From NCBI GenBank assembly GCA_045534775.1, contig JAZSKI010000008.1, forward strand, positions 4,820 through 68,819: a stretch of DNA of 64,000 nt. The letters run 5' to 3'. This document shows, in pieces, positions 9,830-20,232 of the stretch (positions are counted from its first letter, which is position 1; each line of letters starts with the position of its first letter). The notes under the pieces were generated by a model that was not told the origin of the DNA, made no database searches, and saw only the letters and a program-made list of their open reading frames with translations. The translations under genes were made by a program, and so were the position numbers. This DNA is from Clostridia bacterium. Lineage in GTDB: Bacteria > Bacillota > Clostridia > RUG12999.

Positions 9830-11002
9830 ATGAAAAATGAACTTGGTGAGGCTTTAAGCCTGTTTGAAAAGGAAAAAGGTATTAACAAAGAGTACATTTT
9901 AGAAGCTCTTGAAACGGCACTTCTCCATTCCTATAAGAAAAATTATAAGGAATACAAGGAAGATGTATCAATCCGTATTGACGGAAAGACGGGTGATATT
10001 AAGGTAATATCAAAAAGAATAGTGGTTGAGAACATAGGCGACCTGGCAGAGTCTAACGAAATTCTTATTGAAGAAGCAAAGCTTATTAATAAGGACGTTA
10101 AAATAGGCGACTATGTGGAGGTTGAAATTCGTCCGAGAGATTTCGGAAGAATAGCGGCACAGACGGCAAAACAGATTATTTTACAAAAAATCCGTGAAGC
10201 TGAAAGGGAAAAGGTGCTTCGTGATTTCAATATCAGTGAAGGAGATATTATTTCGGGTACTGTTGACCGTGTGGAAAAAATACCTCTCAGAATACGTGAA
10301 GGGCAGGAAGTGCCTACAGAAGATAAGCCAAGATATAATGTTATTGTTAACATAGGTATGGCTGAAGCTGTTTTGCCACCAAGAGGGCAGGTAGCAACCG
10401 AAGCCTATACTCATGGCAAAAAAATGGCATTCTACGTTGCTGATATAAGCAATACTCCAAAAGGGCCTACAGTGCAGCTTTCAAGAACAAATCCCGATTT
10501 GGTAATAAAATTATTTGCCCGTGAAGTACCTGAAATTGCTGACGGCATAGTTGAAATAAAATCCGTTTCAAGAGAAGCAGGTGTCAGAAGTAAAATAGCA
10601 GTATTTTCCAACGATACGGATGTAGAGCCTGTAGGTGCTTGTGTAGGAAACAAGGGTATGCGTGTTAATAATGTGGTGGAGGAGCTGTGCGGCGAGAAAA
10701 TAGACATTGCCAAATACAGTGAAAATCCCATAGAATATATCGCTGCAGCAATAGCACCGGCTGAGGTTGTTAATGTAAGTATTAACGAAGAAGCTATAGC
10801 ATCGGGTAAAAAAGAAGCAACGGTTGTTGTAAATGAAAATCAGTTGTCGCTTGCTATCGGTAAAGAAGGTCTTAATGCAAGGCTTGCAGCAAAACTTGTA
10901 GGTTGGAAAATTGATATTAAAAGTGAAATACAATATGGTGATGATGTCCTGAAAACAGAAATATCCGAGGATACAGAAGAATTAACAGAAGTTGAAGAAT
11001 AA
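9830..11002 (+). CDS. nusA: transcription termination/antitermination factor NusA
   Basis: 390 aa. N-terminal domain, S1 and two KH domains (GxxG motif GNKGMRV; VNENQLSLAIGKEGLNARLAAKLVGWKIDI). Confidence 0.9.
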   Translation: MKNELGEALSLFEKEKGINKEYILEALETALLHSYKKNYKEYKEDVSIRIDGKTGDIKVISKRIVVENIGDLAESNEILIEEAKLINKDVKIGDYVEVEIRPRDFGRIAAQTAKQIILQKIREAEREKVLRDFNISEGDIISGTVDRVEKIPLRIREGQEVPTEDKPRYNVIVNIGMAEAVLPPRGQVATEAYTHGKKMAFYVADISNTPKGPTVQLSRTNPDLVIKLFAREVPEIADGIVEIKSVSREAGVRSKIAVFSNDTDVEPVGACVGNKGMRVNNVVEELCGEKIDIAKYSENPIEYIAAAIAPAEVVNVSINEEAIASGKKEATVVVNENQLSLAIGKEGLNARLAAKLVGWKIDIKSEIQYGDDVLKTEISEDTEELTEVEE

Positions 11003-11005
11003 GGG

Positions 11006-11281
11006 ATGAAGAATATGAAGAAAAATCCAATGCGTAAATGTATAGGCTGTAACGAAATGATTGATAAAAGACAGCTGCTGAGAATAGTGCGTTCGCCGGA
11101 AGGGGAAATTATCGTGGATTTATCAGGTAAGAAAAATGGCAGAGGCTGTTATATCTGCAGCAACCGCGAATGCTTTGAGAAAGCTAAAAAAGGTAAAAGG
11201 CTTGAACGCAACTTTAAAATGCAAATTTCATCAGAAATATATGAGACTCTTGAAAAAGAGGTGACTGCAGTTGGAAAGTAA
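11006..11281 (+). CDS. ylxR: YlxR-family (DUF448) RNA-binding protein
   Basis: 91 aa; RKCIGCNEMIDKRQLLRIV...GRGCYIC. Conserved position after nusA. Confidence 0.7.
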   Translation: MKNMKKNPMRKCIGCNEMIDKRQLLRIVRSPEGEIIVDLSGKKNGRGCYICSNRECFEKAKKGKRLERNFKMQISSEIYETLEKEVTAVGK

Positions 11282-11588
11282 GGTTGTAAGTCTTTTAGGA
11301 TTATGTCGTAAAGCAGGGAAATGTGCTTGCGGCAGCAGCGCGGCGGAATTTTCTGTTAAAAGAGGAAAATGCAAACTGGTATTCATTGCAAATGACAGCG
11401 GCAGAAGTACAAGAGATATGTTTGTGCATTTATGTGAAGAAAACAATATCAAATATGTAACGGCTTTTGACAAAAGTCAGCTGGGTATGGCTGTGGGACT
11501 GAAAGAAAAAGCGGTTATAGGAATTTCTGACCAAGGCTTTGCCGATGGACTTTGCAAAGCTTTGAATATTGAAAATACGGAGGCATGA
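11271..11588 (+). CDS. ylxQ: L7Ae/YlxQ-family ribosomal-protein-like RNA-binding protein
   Basis: 105 aa; [37 protein letters not shown]. Conserved position before infB. Confidence 0.65.
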   Translation: MESKVVSLLGLCRKAGKCACGSSAAEFSVKRGKCKLVFIANDSGRSTRDMFVHLCEENNIKYVTAFDKSQLGMAVGLKEKAVIGISDQGFADGLCKALNIENTEA

Positions 11589-11592
11589 TAAT

Positions 11593-13866
11593 ATGACGAA
11601 AATTAAAATTACAGAACTTGCAAAACAAGTTGGAATGACGGGGAAAGCTTTACTTGAAATACTTAAAGAAAAGGGTATAGAGAAAAAATCCAGCACCAGC
11701 AGTCTTGATGAAAATGAATTAAACTTAGCCTTTGAGATTCTGACTCAGATGTATGATGACGGAACGCCCGTAGATACCACGCATCCGAAAAAAGAAGAAA
11801 AGAAAAAACCTGAGAAGAAAACCGCTAAAAAAGAAAAAACGGCTGAAAAAGAAGAAGCTAAACCTGCGGAGGAGAAAGAACAGGAACCGGCTTCCGAAAT
11901 CCAAGAAGGAAAACGCTCCCGCTATGTAGACACAAGGGCGAATGCGGTGGATTTACAGAAATTTGAGGAGGAAAGCCGTCTCCAGGATATTTTGCCTGAG
12001 GTAGATGACAAAACCTCCAAAAAACAGAAGATTAAAAAAGGCGGTGGCAAAAACCGCAAGGAACAGCACGAAAATATAGATAAAATTCAGAAGGAAAAGA
12101 AAGAGAAAAAAGAAGAAATAAAAGTACTTATTCCTGATGAAATCACCGTAGGCGAGCTGGCTGAAAGACTATCCAAGCCCGCAACGGAAATCATTAAACG
12201 TCTGATGCTTCTCGGTACTATGGCAACCATAAATGATGTGCTGGAGTTCGATATGGCAACTCTGGTAGCAGAAGATATGGGTGCAGTCGTTGAAAGAGAA
12301 ATAATCATAACCGATGAGGATATTCTCTTTAATGATGTTCCCGATAATGAAGAAGATTTAGTGCCGCGTCCTCCCGTTGTAGTTGTAATGGGACACGTTG
12401 ACCACGGTAAAACCTCACTTCTTGACTCTATCAGAAAAACTAACGTAACCACAACGGAAGCAGGCGGTATTACACAGCATATCGGTGCTTACAGCGTTCA
12501 TATTCAGGACAGACCCATCACCTTCCTTGATACCCCCGGTCACGAAGCCTTTACGGCAATGCGACTCAGAGGTGCACAGGTGACGGATATTGCCATTATT
12601 GTAGTAGCGGCAGATGACGGTATTATGCCTCAGACTGTAGAAGCTATTAACCACGCTAAGGCGGCAGGGGTTACAATAATTGTAGCTATAAATAAAATTG
12701 ACCGTCAGGCGGCTAATGTGGAAAGAGTAAAACAGGAGCTTACCGAATATGACCTTCTCCCCGAGGATTGGGGCGGTGAAACTATATGTGTTCCCGTATC
12801 CGCACTTACAGGAGAGGGTATCGAGAACCTGCTGGAAATGGTATTGCTGGTTGCTGATATGAAAGAGCTTAAGGCTAATCCCAACAGAAAAGCAAAGGGT
12901 ACTATAGTAGAATCCCGTCTGGACAAGGCAAAGGGTACTGTTGCGACGGTGCTTGTACAAAACGGTACACTTAAGGTTGGTGACCTTATTGTAGCAGGAA
13001 CCTGTATGGGCAAAATCCGAGCAATGACCGACTACAGAGGCAAAAAAGCAACCGAAGCAGGCCCTTCCACGGCAGTGGAAATCTTAGGTCTTTCTGATGT
13101 ACCCGAAGGCGGCGATCTCTTTTATTGTGTTGAAAATGAAAGAATGGCTAAAAATGTTGTTGAAGCCAGAAAATTCAAGATTAAAGATGAAATGCAAAAT
13201 GCCAGGAAGCCTGTATCTCTTGATGACCTGTTCAGTCAGATTAATGCAGGTGATGTAAAAGACCTGAACATTATTGTAAAAGCCGATGTTCAAGGCTCGG
13301 TTGAAGCGGTTAAACAGTCGCTGCTCAAGCTTTCCAATGATGAGGTTCGTGTAAATATTATCCACGGCGGCGTAGGTGCTGTAAATGAATCTGATGTTAT
13401 GCTGGCAGATGCCTCAAACGCAATTATCGTAGGCTTTAATGTGCGTCCTACACCCGGTGCGGCGGATTCTGCCCACGATAAACAGGTTGACGTTCGTCTG
13501 TACAGAATTATTTATCAGGCTATAGAAGAAATAGAAGCGGCTATGAAGGGTATGCTCGCACCTCAGTTTAAAGAGGTTGTAACAGGTCACGCAGAGGCAC
13601 GTCAGCTCTTCAAGGTGTCGGGAGTTGGAACTATAGCAGGCTGTCACGTTACTGACGGTAAAATCGCCAGAAACAGCGGCGTTCGTATTGTTCGTGACGG
13701 TATAGTTGTGCACGAAGGCGTGCTGTCATCTCTCAAACGATTTAAAGACGATGCAAAAGAGGTTGCAGAAGGCTTTGAATGTGGTATGAGCTTTGAAAAG
13801 TTCAACGATTTAAAGGAAGGCGATATAATAGAAGCCTTTGTGATGGAAGAAATAGAAAGGACTTGA
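11593..13866 (+). CDS. infB: translation initiation factor IF-2
   Basis: K/E-rich N-terminal region. GTPase G1 [25 protein letters not shown]-terminal beta-barrels. ATG 11593 (RBS ACGGAGG) is preferred over TTG 11569. Confidence 0.9.
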   Translation: MTKIKITELAKQVGMTGKALLEILKEKGIEKKSSTSSLDENELNLAFEILTQMYDDGTPVDTTHPKKEEKKKPEKKTAKKEKTAEKEEAKPAEEKEQEPASEIQEGKRSRYVDTRANAVDLQKFEEESRLQDILPEVDDKTSKKQKIKKGGGKNRKEQHENIDKIQKEKKEKKEEIKVLIPDEITVGELAERLSKPATEIIKRLMLLGTMATINDVLEFDMATLVAEDMGAVVEREIIITDEDILFNDVPDNEEDLVPRPPVVVVMGHVDHGKTSLLDSIRKTNVTTTEAGGITQHIGAYSVHIQDRPITFLDTPGHEAFTAMRLRGAQVTDIAIIVVAADDGIMPQTVEAINHAKAAGVTIIVAINKIDRQAANVERVKQELTEYDLLPEDWGGETICVPVSALTGEGIENLLEMVLLVADMKELKANPNRKAKGTIVESRLDKAKGTVATVLVQNGTLKVGDLIVAGTCMGKIRAMTDYRGKKATEAGPSTAVEILGLSDVPEGGDLFYCVENERMAKNVVEARKFKIKDEMQNARKPVSLDDLFSQINAGDVKDLNIIVKADVQGSVEAVKQSLLKLSNDEVRVNIIHGGVGAVNESDVMLADASNAIIVGFNVRPTPGAADSAHDKQVDVRLYRIIYQAIEEIEAAMKGMLAPQFKEVVTGHAEARQLFKVSGVGTIAGCHVTDGKIARNSGVRIVRDGIVVHEGVLSSLKRFKDDAKEVAEGFECGMSFEKFNDLKEGDIIEAFVMEEIERT

Positions 13867-13870
13867 TGAT

Positions 13871-14230
13871 ATGGGATTTGATAGAATTGATCGAGTATCA
13901 GAGGAAATAAAACGCGAGCTGGCGGGAATTATCCGCGAGCTTAAGGACCCGCGTATATGTGAGCTTATATCTGTCATAGCTGTAAATGTGACTAAAGACT
14001 TTAAATTTGCCAAAGCCTATATAAGTGTTATGGGAAGTGAAGAAGAAAAGAAAAATTCCATTGCGGGACTTAACAGCGCGGCAGGATTTATACGCCGTGA
14101 GGTAGGTCAGAGAGTGCAGCTCAGATATACCCCTCAGTTTACCTTTGTCCTTGATAATTCCATTGAATACGGTGCCCATATATCAAAGGTATTAACTGAT
14201 TTGGATAATAAAACAGAAGCAAAGGAGTAA
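13871..14230 (+). CDS. rbfA: ribosome-binding factor A
   Basis: 119 aa; RIDRVSEEIKRELAGIIR...FTFVLDNSIEYGAHISKVL. Confidence 0.85.
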   Translation: MGFDRIDRVSEEIKRELAGIIRELKDPRICELISVIAVNVTKDFKFAKAYISVMGSEEEKKNSIAGLNSAAGFIRREVGQRVQLRYTPQFTFVLDNSIEYGAHISKVLTDLDNKTEAKE

Positions 14231-14233
14231 ACC

Positions 14234-15166
14234 ATGCTTACAAAAATTGCAGAGGTGCTTAAAGGCGTTAAAAGCGTAAATATAGTGACTCACGTCAATC
14301 CTGACGGCGATGCCATAGGAAGCAGCTTCGGACTCAAATTTATCCTTGAAAAATGCGGAATTTCTGCGGAAGTGGTGCTGGGAGCACCACTTCACGCGGA
14401 ATATAAGTTTACGGGCTATAAACCTATAACTCCTCAGGAAGCAAAGCCTGCCGATGCCGCTGTCGGAGTAGATTTCGGGGAGGTATCAAGGACAGATTGC
14501 CGCGAAATATTTGAAAAGGCTCCCATTAAAATTATTATCGACCACCATATAGTAAAACAGGAAACAGGCGACCTTTTCTTCAGCAACCCCAAAGCGGCGG
14601 CGTGCTGTGAAAACATCTTTCTTCTGGGAAAGAAGCTGGGAGTGGAAACAGACAGTAATATTGCCGCGGCACTTTATATGGGTATAATGACCGATACGGG
14701 AGGGTGCAGATACGGTTCAACCACCAAAGATACTCATTTGATTTTATCGGAGCTTATAGATTTGGTTGACCACGCCTATATTAACCGTATGACACTTGAG
14801 CTTATCAGCAGAGCTAAATTTGAAGCTCGTAAAAAGCTGTTTCCTGAAATGGAAAGCTACTGCGGCGGAAAGGTCAATGTATTTACTGCGGATTTAAGCT
14901 ACGAGGACGAGGAAGCATTGAACGGACTGGTTAATATCGCCGTTAACCTGGAAGGGGCAATATGCGGCGTTACCTTTAAACAACGAGACGAAAATACCGT
15001 TAAGGTAAGCCTTCGGACAGTAGGAGACTTTAACGGTGCGGAAATATGCGCCGCCTTCGGAGGCGGTGGGCATTTTAATGCATCGGGCTGTACAATTAAC
15101 TTGCCGCTCAGCGAAGCAAAGGAACAGTTTATAAAATATTTATTGCAAAGGATAGAAGAATTTTGA
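14234..15166 (+). CDS. nrnA: DHH-family phosphoesterase (NrnA-like oligoribonuclease/pAp phosphatase)
   Basis: DHH motifs: VTHVNPDGDAIGS, IIIDHH, GGGGH plus a DHHA1 region. Conserved position between rbfA and truB. Confidence 0.7.
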   Translation: MLTKIAEVLKGVKSVNIVTHVNPDGDAIGSSFGLKFILEKCGISAEVVLGAPLHAEYKFTGYKPITPQEAKPADAAVGVDFGEVSRTDCREIFEKAPIKIIIDHHIVKQETGDLFFSNPKAAACCENIFLLGKKLGVETDSNIAAALYMGIMTDTGGCRYGSTTKDTHLILSELIDLVDHAYINRMTLELISRAKFEARKKLFPEMESYCGGKVNVFTADLSYEDEEALNGLVNIAVNLEGAICGVTFKQRDENTVKVSLRTVGDFNGAEICAAFGGGGHFNASGCTINLPLSEAKEQFIKYLLQRIEEF

Positions 15167-16029
15167 ACGGAATTGTAAATATATATAAGCCTCGCGGAAT
15201 AACATCCTTTAAAGTGGTGGCACAGGTACGCCGTATTCTCGGAATAAAAAAGGTCGGACATACGGGAACCTTAGACCCCGAGGCGGAAGGAGTTTTGCCT
15301 GTTTGCGTAGGGAACGCAACCAAAGCCGCGGGACTTCTGACGGCGGCAGATAAAAAATATCACGCCGTAATACGGCTTGGTGTCGTAACAGATACCCAGG
15401 ATATGCAGGGGAAGTGTCTGGAGGAAAACCCCGTTAATGTAACCGAAGAAGAGTTTTTGACTGCGGTTAAAGGCTTTGAAGGAGAAATTGTGCAGCTCCC
15501 TCCTATGTATTCGGCTCTTAAGGTTGACGGGAAAAAACTGTGCGACCTGGCGAGGAAGGGTATAGAGGTTGAACGCAAGCCCAGAAATATCTGTATTTAC
15601 AGCATTAAGGTATCGGACTTTGACGGTATAAGAGCAACCCTTGATGTAAGCTGTTCAAAGGGCACTTATATCAGAACACTATGCCACGATATAGGTCAGA
15701 AATTAGGATGCGGGGCGGCCATGGAATCCCTTGTCCGTACGGCAAGCGGCGATTTTGACGTAGCTTTAAGCGTAGCCTTGGAGGAATTTGAGAAAGATCC
15801 TGAAAAATATATAACTCCTGTTGACTGCCTGTTCAGAGAATATCCGAAGCTTATAGCAAGAGGAGAAACAGAAAAAAGAATACGCAACGGAGTTGCTGTA
15901 AGTGCGAAGGTGGAAGAAGGACAGCTTTATTGCGTATATGGCTCGGACGGTGACTTTTTATGTTTATCCGTTGGCGTGAACGAAAAAGAACCTAAGCTTA
16001 AACTGCATACGGCATTCTGGGACAGATAA
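15163..16029 (+). CDS. truB: tRNA pseudouridine(55) synthase TruB
   Basis: GIVNIYKPRGITSF...KVGHTGTLDPEAEGVLPVCVGNATK carries the catalytic Asp motif. PUA-like C-terminus. Confidence 0.85.
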   Translation: MNGIVNIYKPRGITSFKVVAQVRRILGIKKVGHTGTLDPEAEGVLPVCVGNATKAAGLLTAADKKYHAVIRLGVVTDTQDMQGKCLEENPVNVTEEEFLTAVKGFEGEIVQLPPMYSALKVDGKKLCDLARKGIEVERKPRNICIYSIKVSDFDGIRATLDVSCSKGTYIRTLCHDIGQKLGCGAAMESLVRTASGDFDVALSVALEEFEKDPEKYITPVDCLFREYPKLIARGETEKRIRNGVAVSAKVEEGQLYCVYGSDGDFLCLSVGVNEKEPKLKLHTAFWDR

Positions 16030-16045
16030 GGAAAGGAAATGCAAC

Positions 16046-16576
16046 ATGAAGGAATATCTGGATTTATTTTTAGCTTTTGCACGTATCGGAGGCTGTACCT
16101 TCGGCGGCGGTTACGCCATGCTTCCTGTTATGCAAAGAGAATTGGTGGATAACAGAGAATGGGCGTCCAACGAGGAAATACTTAATTATTACGCTGTAGG
16201 ACAATGCACACCGGGAGTTATTGCGGTTAATGTGTCTACCTTTATAGGTTATAAAAGAAAAGGAATACCCGGCGCTATTGCCGCAACGGCGGGGATGATA
16301 GCACCTTCCTTTGTTATAATAATCCTGATTGCACTTTTTTTAAAGAGCTTTGCACATATTCAGGCGGTACAAAATGCTTTTTGGGGTATCAGAATAGCGG
16401 TTTTGGCACTTATAACCTCAACAGTGGTTAAGATGTTTAAAAACTCTGTTAAGAATAAATTGGGATTAGTGATATGCCTTGCGGCATTTCTGCTGATTGC
16501 CCTTTCGGGCATATCACCCGTTTTTGCGGTGATAGCGGCGGCACTTGCAGGCATATTCCTTATGGGAAAAAGGTGA
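16046..16576 (+). CDS. chrA: chromate transporter ChrA, short-chain family, N-terminal-type subunit
   Basis: 176 aa multi-TM protein; FARIGGCTFGGGYAMLPVMQRELV is the CHR signature. Confidence 0.7.
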   Translation: MKEYLDLFLAFARIGGCTFGGGYAMLPVMQRELVDNREWASNEEILNYYAVGQCTPGVIAVNVSTFIGYKRKGIPGAIAATAGMIAPSFVIIILIALFLKSFAHIQAVQNAFWGIRIAVLALITSTVVKMFKNSVKNKLGLVICLAAFLLIALSGISPVFAVIAAALAGIFLMGKR

Positions 16577-16580
16577 GGCT

Positions 16581-17141
16581 ATGGAATATTTGATTTTATT
16601 TGCGGAATTTTTTAAAACAGGTCTTTTCGCCGTAGGCGGAGGACTTGCAACCCTGCCCTTTTTAAATAAAATGGCACAGACCTACGATTGGTTTACAGCG
16701 GCAGAGCTTGCCGATATGATAGCGGTATCGGAATCAACGCCGGGACCCATCGGAGTAAATATGGCAACCTATGCAGGAGTAAATGCAGGCGGAACAGCGG
16801 GAGCTTTGTGTTCTACTATAGGACTCGTTATGCCATCGGTTATAGTAATACTTATAGTAGCACGAATGCTTAATAAATTTAACAACTCGAGGATAGTGCA
16901 AAATGCCTTTGCAGGACTTCGCCCTGCGGTGGTGGGTCTTATAGCGGCGGCAGGGCTGGAGCTTATGAAGGTCAGTCTTTTAAACCTTGAAGCCGCAAAA
17001 ATTGCGGAGATGTTTAATCTTAAAGCTATAGTTTTATATGCGGCAATTCTTATCCCTGTTATAAAATTCAAAAAATTACATCCTATAGTATTTATAGGAA
17101 TCGGGGCGCTAGCAGGAATAATTTTGGGTTGTTTGGTATAG
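16581..17141 (+). CDS. chrA: chromate transporter ChrA, short-chain family, C-terminal-type subunit
   Basis: FKTGLFAVGGGLATLPFLNKMAQTYDWF repeats the CHR signature. Paired half-size genes are the normal short-chain arrangement. Confidence 0.7.
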   Translation: MEYLILFAEFFKTGLFAVGGGLATLPFLNKMAQTYDWFTAAELADMIAVSESTPGPIGVNMATYAGVNAGGTAGALCSTIGLVMPSVIVILIVARMLNKFNNSRIVQNAFAGLRPAVVGLIAAAGLELMKVSLLNLEAAKIAEMFNLKAIVLYAAILIPVIKFKKLHPIVFIGIGALAGIILGCLV

Positions 17142-17144
17142 AGA

Positions 17145-19001
17145 GTGGTGATTTTAATGAAAAATTCGTTATTGATGAAGGTACAAAAGGCGTCGCGTTA
17201 TACGGGCGGAGAGTTGAACAGCGTGGTAAAAACCGCTGATATTCCCGTTAGATTTGCCTTTTGCTTTCCTGATGTATACGAGGTGGGAATGTCCCATCTG
17301 GGAATGAAAATATTGTATCATCTGCTTAACGAGAGGGAAGATACCTGGGTAGAACGTGTATTTACTCCCTGGCCCGATATGGAAGAGGTAATGCGAGAAG
17401 AAAAAAAACCTCTTTGCGGTCTTGAAAGCGGTGACCCTATAAAGAATTCCGGATTTGTAGGCTTTACCCTTCAATATGAGATGAGCTATACAAATATTTT
17501 AAATATGCTTGACCTTGCCGAAATACCCCTTTTGTCAAAGGACAGAGGAGAGAATATGCCCTTTGTATGCGCAGGAGGTCCTTGTGCCTATAACCCGGAG
17601 CCTTTAGCGGATTTTATGGATTTTTACCTGATAGGCGAGGGAGAGGAAATCTGGCAGGAGGTCATAGATGAATATGTAATCTGGAAAAATGCGGGCGAAA
17701 AAAGAACGGATTTCCTGAAACGTATTTCAAAAATCAAAGGAATCTACGTCCCTGCATTTTATGATGTGGAATATAATGAAGACGGTACGGTGAAAAAATA
17801 TATACCCCTTTACGATTTTGTACCCGAAAAGGTAGAAAAACGTATTATCGAGGATATGGACAAGGTATATTATCCCGATAAATTTATAGTACCCTATATG
17901 GAGATAATCCACGACAGAATTATGCTGGAGCTGTTCCGCGGCTGTATTCGCGGTTGCCGTTTTTGCCAGGCGGGATTTATTTACCGTCCTGTTCGTGAAC
18001 GCAGTGAAGAAAAGCTGGCACAGCTTGCCGATAAGCTGATTAAAAATACAGGCTATGAAGAAATGTCGCTGACCTCACTCAGCTCAAGCGACTATACCTG
18101 CCTGGAGGGATTGACCCTGAAATTACTTGATATGACAAAAGAGAAAAACGTGAACCTGGCGCTTCCGTCTCTCAGGGTAGATAATTTCTCCGTAGAGCTG
18201 ATGGAAAAGGTACAAAGTGTACGCAAAAGTTCTCTTACCTTCGCGCCTGAGGCAGGTACACAGCGTATGCGTGACGTCATAAATAAAAATGTAACGGAAG
18301 AGGATTTGCTTCGCAGTGCGGCAATAGCCTTCGGCGGCGGTTGGACAAGCATTAAGCTTTATTTTATGATAGGTCTGCCGACGGAAACCGATGAGGACGT
18401 GGCAGGTATCGCACAGCTTGCCGAAAAGGTGGTAAATTGCTATTTTGAAAATACAAATGGCAAGCAACGGGGAAGAGGAAGAATTACCGTTAGTGTATCT
18501 TCTTTTGTACCGAAACCTATGACTCCCTTCCAGTGGGAACGTCAGAACACCATCGCTGAGCTTAAAGAAAAGCAATATTTGATTAAAGATAATATTCATT
18601 CGAGAATGATAAATTATAATTACCATGAATCCTATGTCAGCGTCCTTGAAGGCGTATTTGCCCGCGGTGACAGAAGACTTTCAAAGGTAATCTTAAACGC
18701 CCATAAATCAGGCTGCAGGTTTGACGGCTGGGACGAATATTTTGATTTTGAAAAATGGATGAAAGCCTTTGAAGAAGCAGGAATTGACCCCGATTTCTAT
18801 ACGGGCAGGAAAAGAGGCTTTGATGAAGTGTTGCCGTGGGATATTATTAATTGCGGCGTAAGCAAAGCCTTCCTCATTGCCGAATGTAAAAAAGCCTATG
18901 AGGAAACCACTACACCTAATTGCAGAGAAAAGTGCGCAGGCTGCGGTATGGCGGCAAGCTGCGGTGAAGCAAAAGGCGTAAGGAGGGTACAAAATGACTA
19001 A
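17145..19001 (+). CDS. radical SAM protein, TIGR03960-type (B12-binding-like N-domain plus CxxxCxxC core)
   Basis: CIRGCRFCQAG radical SAM cluster motif. 618 aa. Followed by its usual DUF2344 partner. Confidence 0.7.
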   Translation: MVILMKNSLLMKVQKASRYTGGELNSVVKTADIPVRFAFCFPDVYEVGMSHLGMKILYHLLNEREDTWVERVFTPWPDMEEVMREEKKPLCGLESGDPIKNSGFVGFTLQYEMSYTNILNMLDLAEIPLLSKDRGENMPFVCAGGPCAYNPEPLADFMDFYLIGEGEEIWQEVIDEYVIWKNAGEKRTDFLKRISKIKGIYVPAFYDVEYNEDGTVKKYIPLYDFVPEKVEKRIIEDMDKVYYPDKFIVPYMEIIHDRIMLELFRGCIRGCRFCQAGFIYRPVRERSEEKLAQLADKLIKNTGYEEMSLTSLSSSDYTCLEGLTLKLLDMTKEKNVNLALPSLRVDNFSVELMEKVQSVRKSSLTFAPEAGTQRMRDVINKNVTEEDLLRSAAIAFGGGWTSIKLYFMIGLPTETDEDVAGIAQLAEKVVNCYFENTNGKQRGRGRITVSVSSFVPKPMTPFQWERQNTIAELKEKQYLIKDNIHSRMINYNYHESYVSVLEGVFARGDRRLSKVILNAHKSGCRFDGWDEYFDFEKWMKAFEEAGIDPDFYTGRKRGFDEVLPWDIINCGVSKAFLIAECKKAYEETTTPNCREKCAGCGMAASCGEAKGVRRVQND

Positions 19002-19659
19002 ATATATTATAAAATTTTCAAAAAGCCCCGCCGTTAAATTTGTATCTCATCTGGATACGGTCAGGGTATTTGCCCGCGCTATGAGACGTATGGGCGTGAA
19101 ATTGAGTCATTCACAGGGTTTTAATCCTCACCCGCTTATGACCTTTGCCCATCCTATGGGTGTGGGCATGTCAAGTAGCTGTGAATATGTTGAAATATCC
19201 CTGGACGAAGATATTTCCTCTGATGATTTGATGACGATGCTGAATGAGAGCCTCCCGGCAGGGTTTAAAGCTGCGGCAGTTAAGGTTAATACGGAAAAAT
19301 CACCTTTTAAAGCCTTAACCTATGCGGAATACAGTGTTATAATCAAAGGTAAGAATTCTGCTTCTGTTACGGAGTTGATGGACCGGCCACAGATACTTAT
19401 GGATAAGAAAACGAAAAGCGGAATTAAAGAAACGGATATCAAGCCTATGATACACACCGTTGAGGAAACAGCAAAAGAGGAAGAAGAAACCGAGCTTCGT
19501 GCCATACTTAAATGCGGAGGAGAAAACTTAAAACCGGAGCTTATGCTGGCGGCGGCAGAGAAATATATCGGAATAACTATGGAAGATTATATAATTCACC
19601 GTACAGGACTGATGGATGAAAGCTTAAATCCGTTGGTATACTTTGGGCAAAACATATAA
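18994..19659 (+). CDS. DUF2344/TIGR03936 radical-SAM-linked protein
   Basis: FSKSPAVKFVSHLDTVRVFARAMRRMGVKLSHSQGFNPHP. Its start overlaps the radical SAM stop. Confidence 0.6.
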   Translation: MTKYIIKFSKSPAVKFVSHLDTVRVFARAMRRMGVKLSHSQGFNPHPLMTFAHPMGVGMSSSCEYVEISLDEDISSDDLMTMLNESLPAGFKAAAVKVNTEKSPFKALTYAEYSVIIKGKNSASVTELMDRPQILMDKKTKSGIKETDIKPMIHTVEETAKEEEETELRAILKCGGENLKPELMLAAAEKYIGITMEDYIIHRTGLMDESLNPLVYFGQNI

Positions 19660-19727
19660 AAATGCAACAAAAATGATAATAAAAATTATTTAAAATGTTG
19701 GAAATGATAGATTTTATTAAAAATATC

Positions 19728-19756
19728 TTGCAAATTTATCATTTTTCTGATATAAT
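19728..19756 (+). promoter_or_regulatory. consensus sigma-A promoter of rpmB (TTGCAA - 17 nt - TATAAT)
   Basis: -35 at 19728-19733, -10 at 19751-19756, then an 80-nt leader to RBS AAGGAGG. Confidence 0.5.
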
Positions 19757-19836
19757 ATAATTATTGTGTTGTGACTTTTTGCAGATAGAGCTTTGCAAAG
19801 GGTCTGACTCGTAAAAACTCAAGGAGGTGTCATATC

Positions 19837-20025
19837 ATGGCAAAATGTGAAGTATGTGGAAAAAGCGTTTCTTTCGGCATCAAAGTCAGCCACTCCCACA
19901 GACGTTCAAACCGTACATGGAAACCGAACATCAGAAGCGTACGAGCTATCGTAAACGGAACACCCAAAAAGGTTAATGTATGTACACGTTGCTTGCGTTC
20001 GGGAAAGGTTCAGCGAGCTGTTTAA
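19837..20025 (+). CDS. rpmB: 50S ribosomal protein L28
   Basis: 62 aa; MAKCEVCGKSVSFGIKVSHSHRRSNRTWKPNIRSV matches the L28 family closely. Confidence 0.85.
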   Translation: MAKCEVCGKSVSFGIKVSHSHRRSNRTWKPNIRSVRAIVNGTPKKVNVCTRCLRSGKVQRAV

Positions 20026-20042
20026 TAAAAACTGAGCATTTG

Positions 20043-20147
20043 GGCAGTCCGCGGACTGCCGGACAGGACGCAAATGAGAATGGGCGGATAGGAAAATTCC
20101 ATCTGTCCTTTTTTATGCTTAAAAGCACCCTTTGGGTGCTTTTAAAA
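20043..20147 (+). terminator. cluster of three hairpins downstream of rpmB (rpmB terminator region)
   Basis: GGCAGTC-cgcg-GACTGCC at 20043-20060. GGACAG...CTGTCC plus TTTTTTAT at 20061-20116. AAAAGCACCC-tttg-GGTGCTTTT at 20121-20143. Confidence 0.4.
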
Positions 20148-20193
20148 TTAGTCAGGTGGTTGAACCGATTAATGCTGCACAGACATAAAATAA

Positions 20194-20232
20194 CACCCGA
20201 AGTCGATATAACTGACTTCGGGTGCTGTTTTT
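20194..20232. terminator. bidirectional intrinsic terminator (serves the minus-strand gene 20231..22228)
   Basis: CACCCGAAGTC (loop of 9 nt) GACTTCGGGTG followed by CTGTTTTT on plus and TTATTTTAT on minus. Confidence 0.5.

Noticed and set aside
16046-17141. Possible frameshifted/split chromate transporter pseudogene
   Set aside because: Each half carries its own CHR signature (GGGYAMLP / GGGLATLP) and its own start. Paired short-chain ChrA genes are a normal arrangement, not a disruption.
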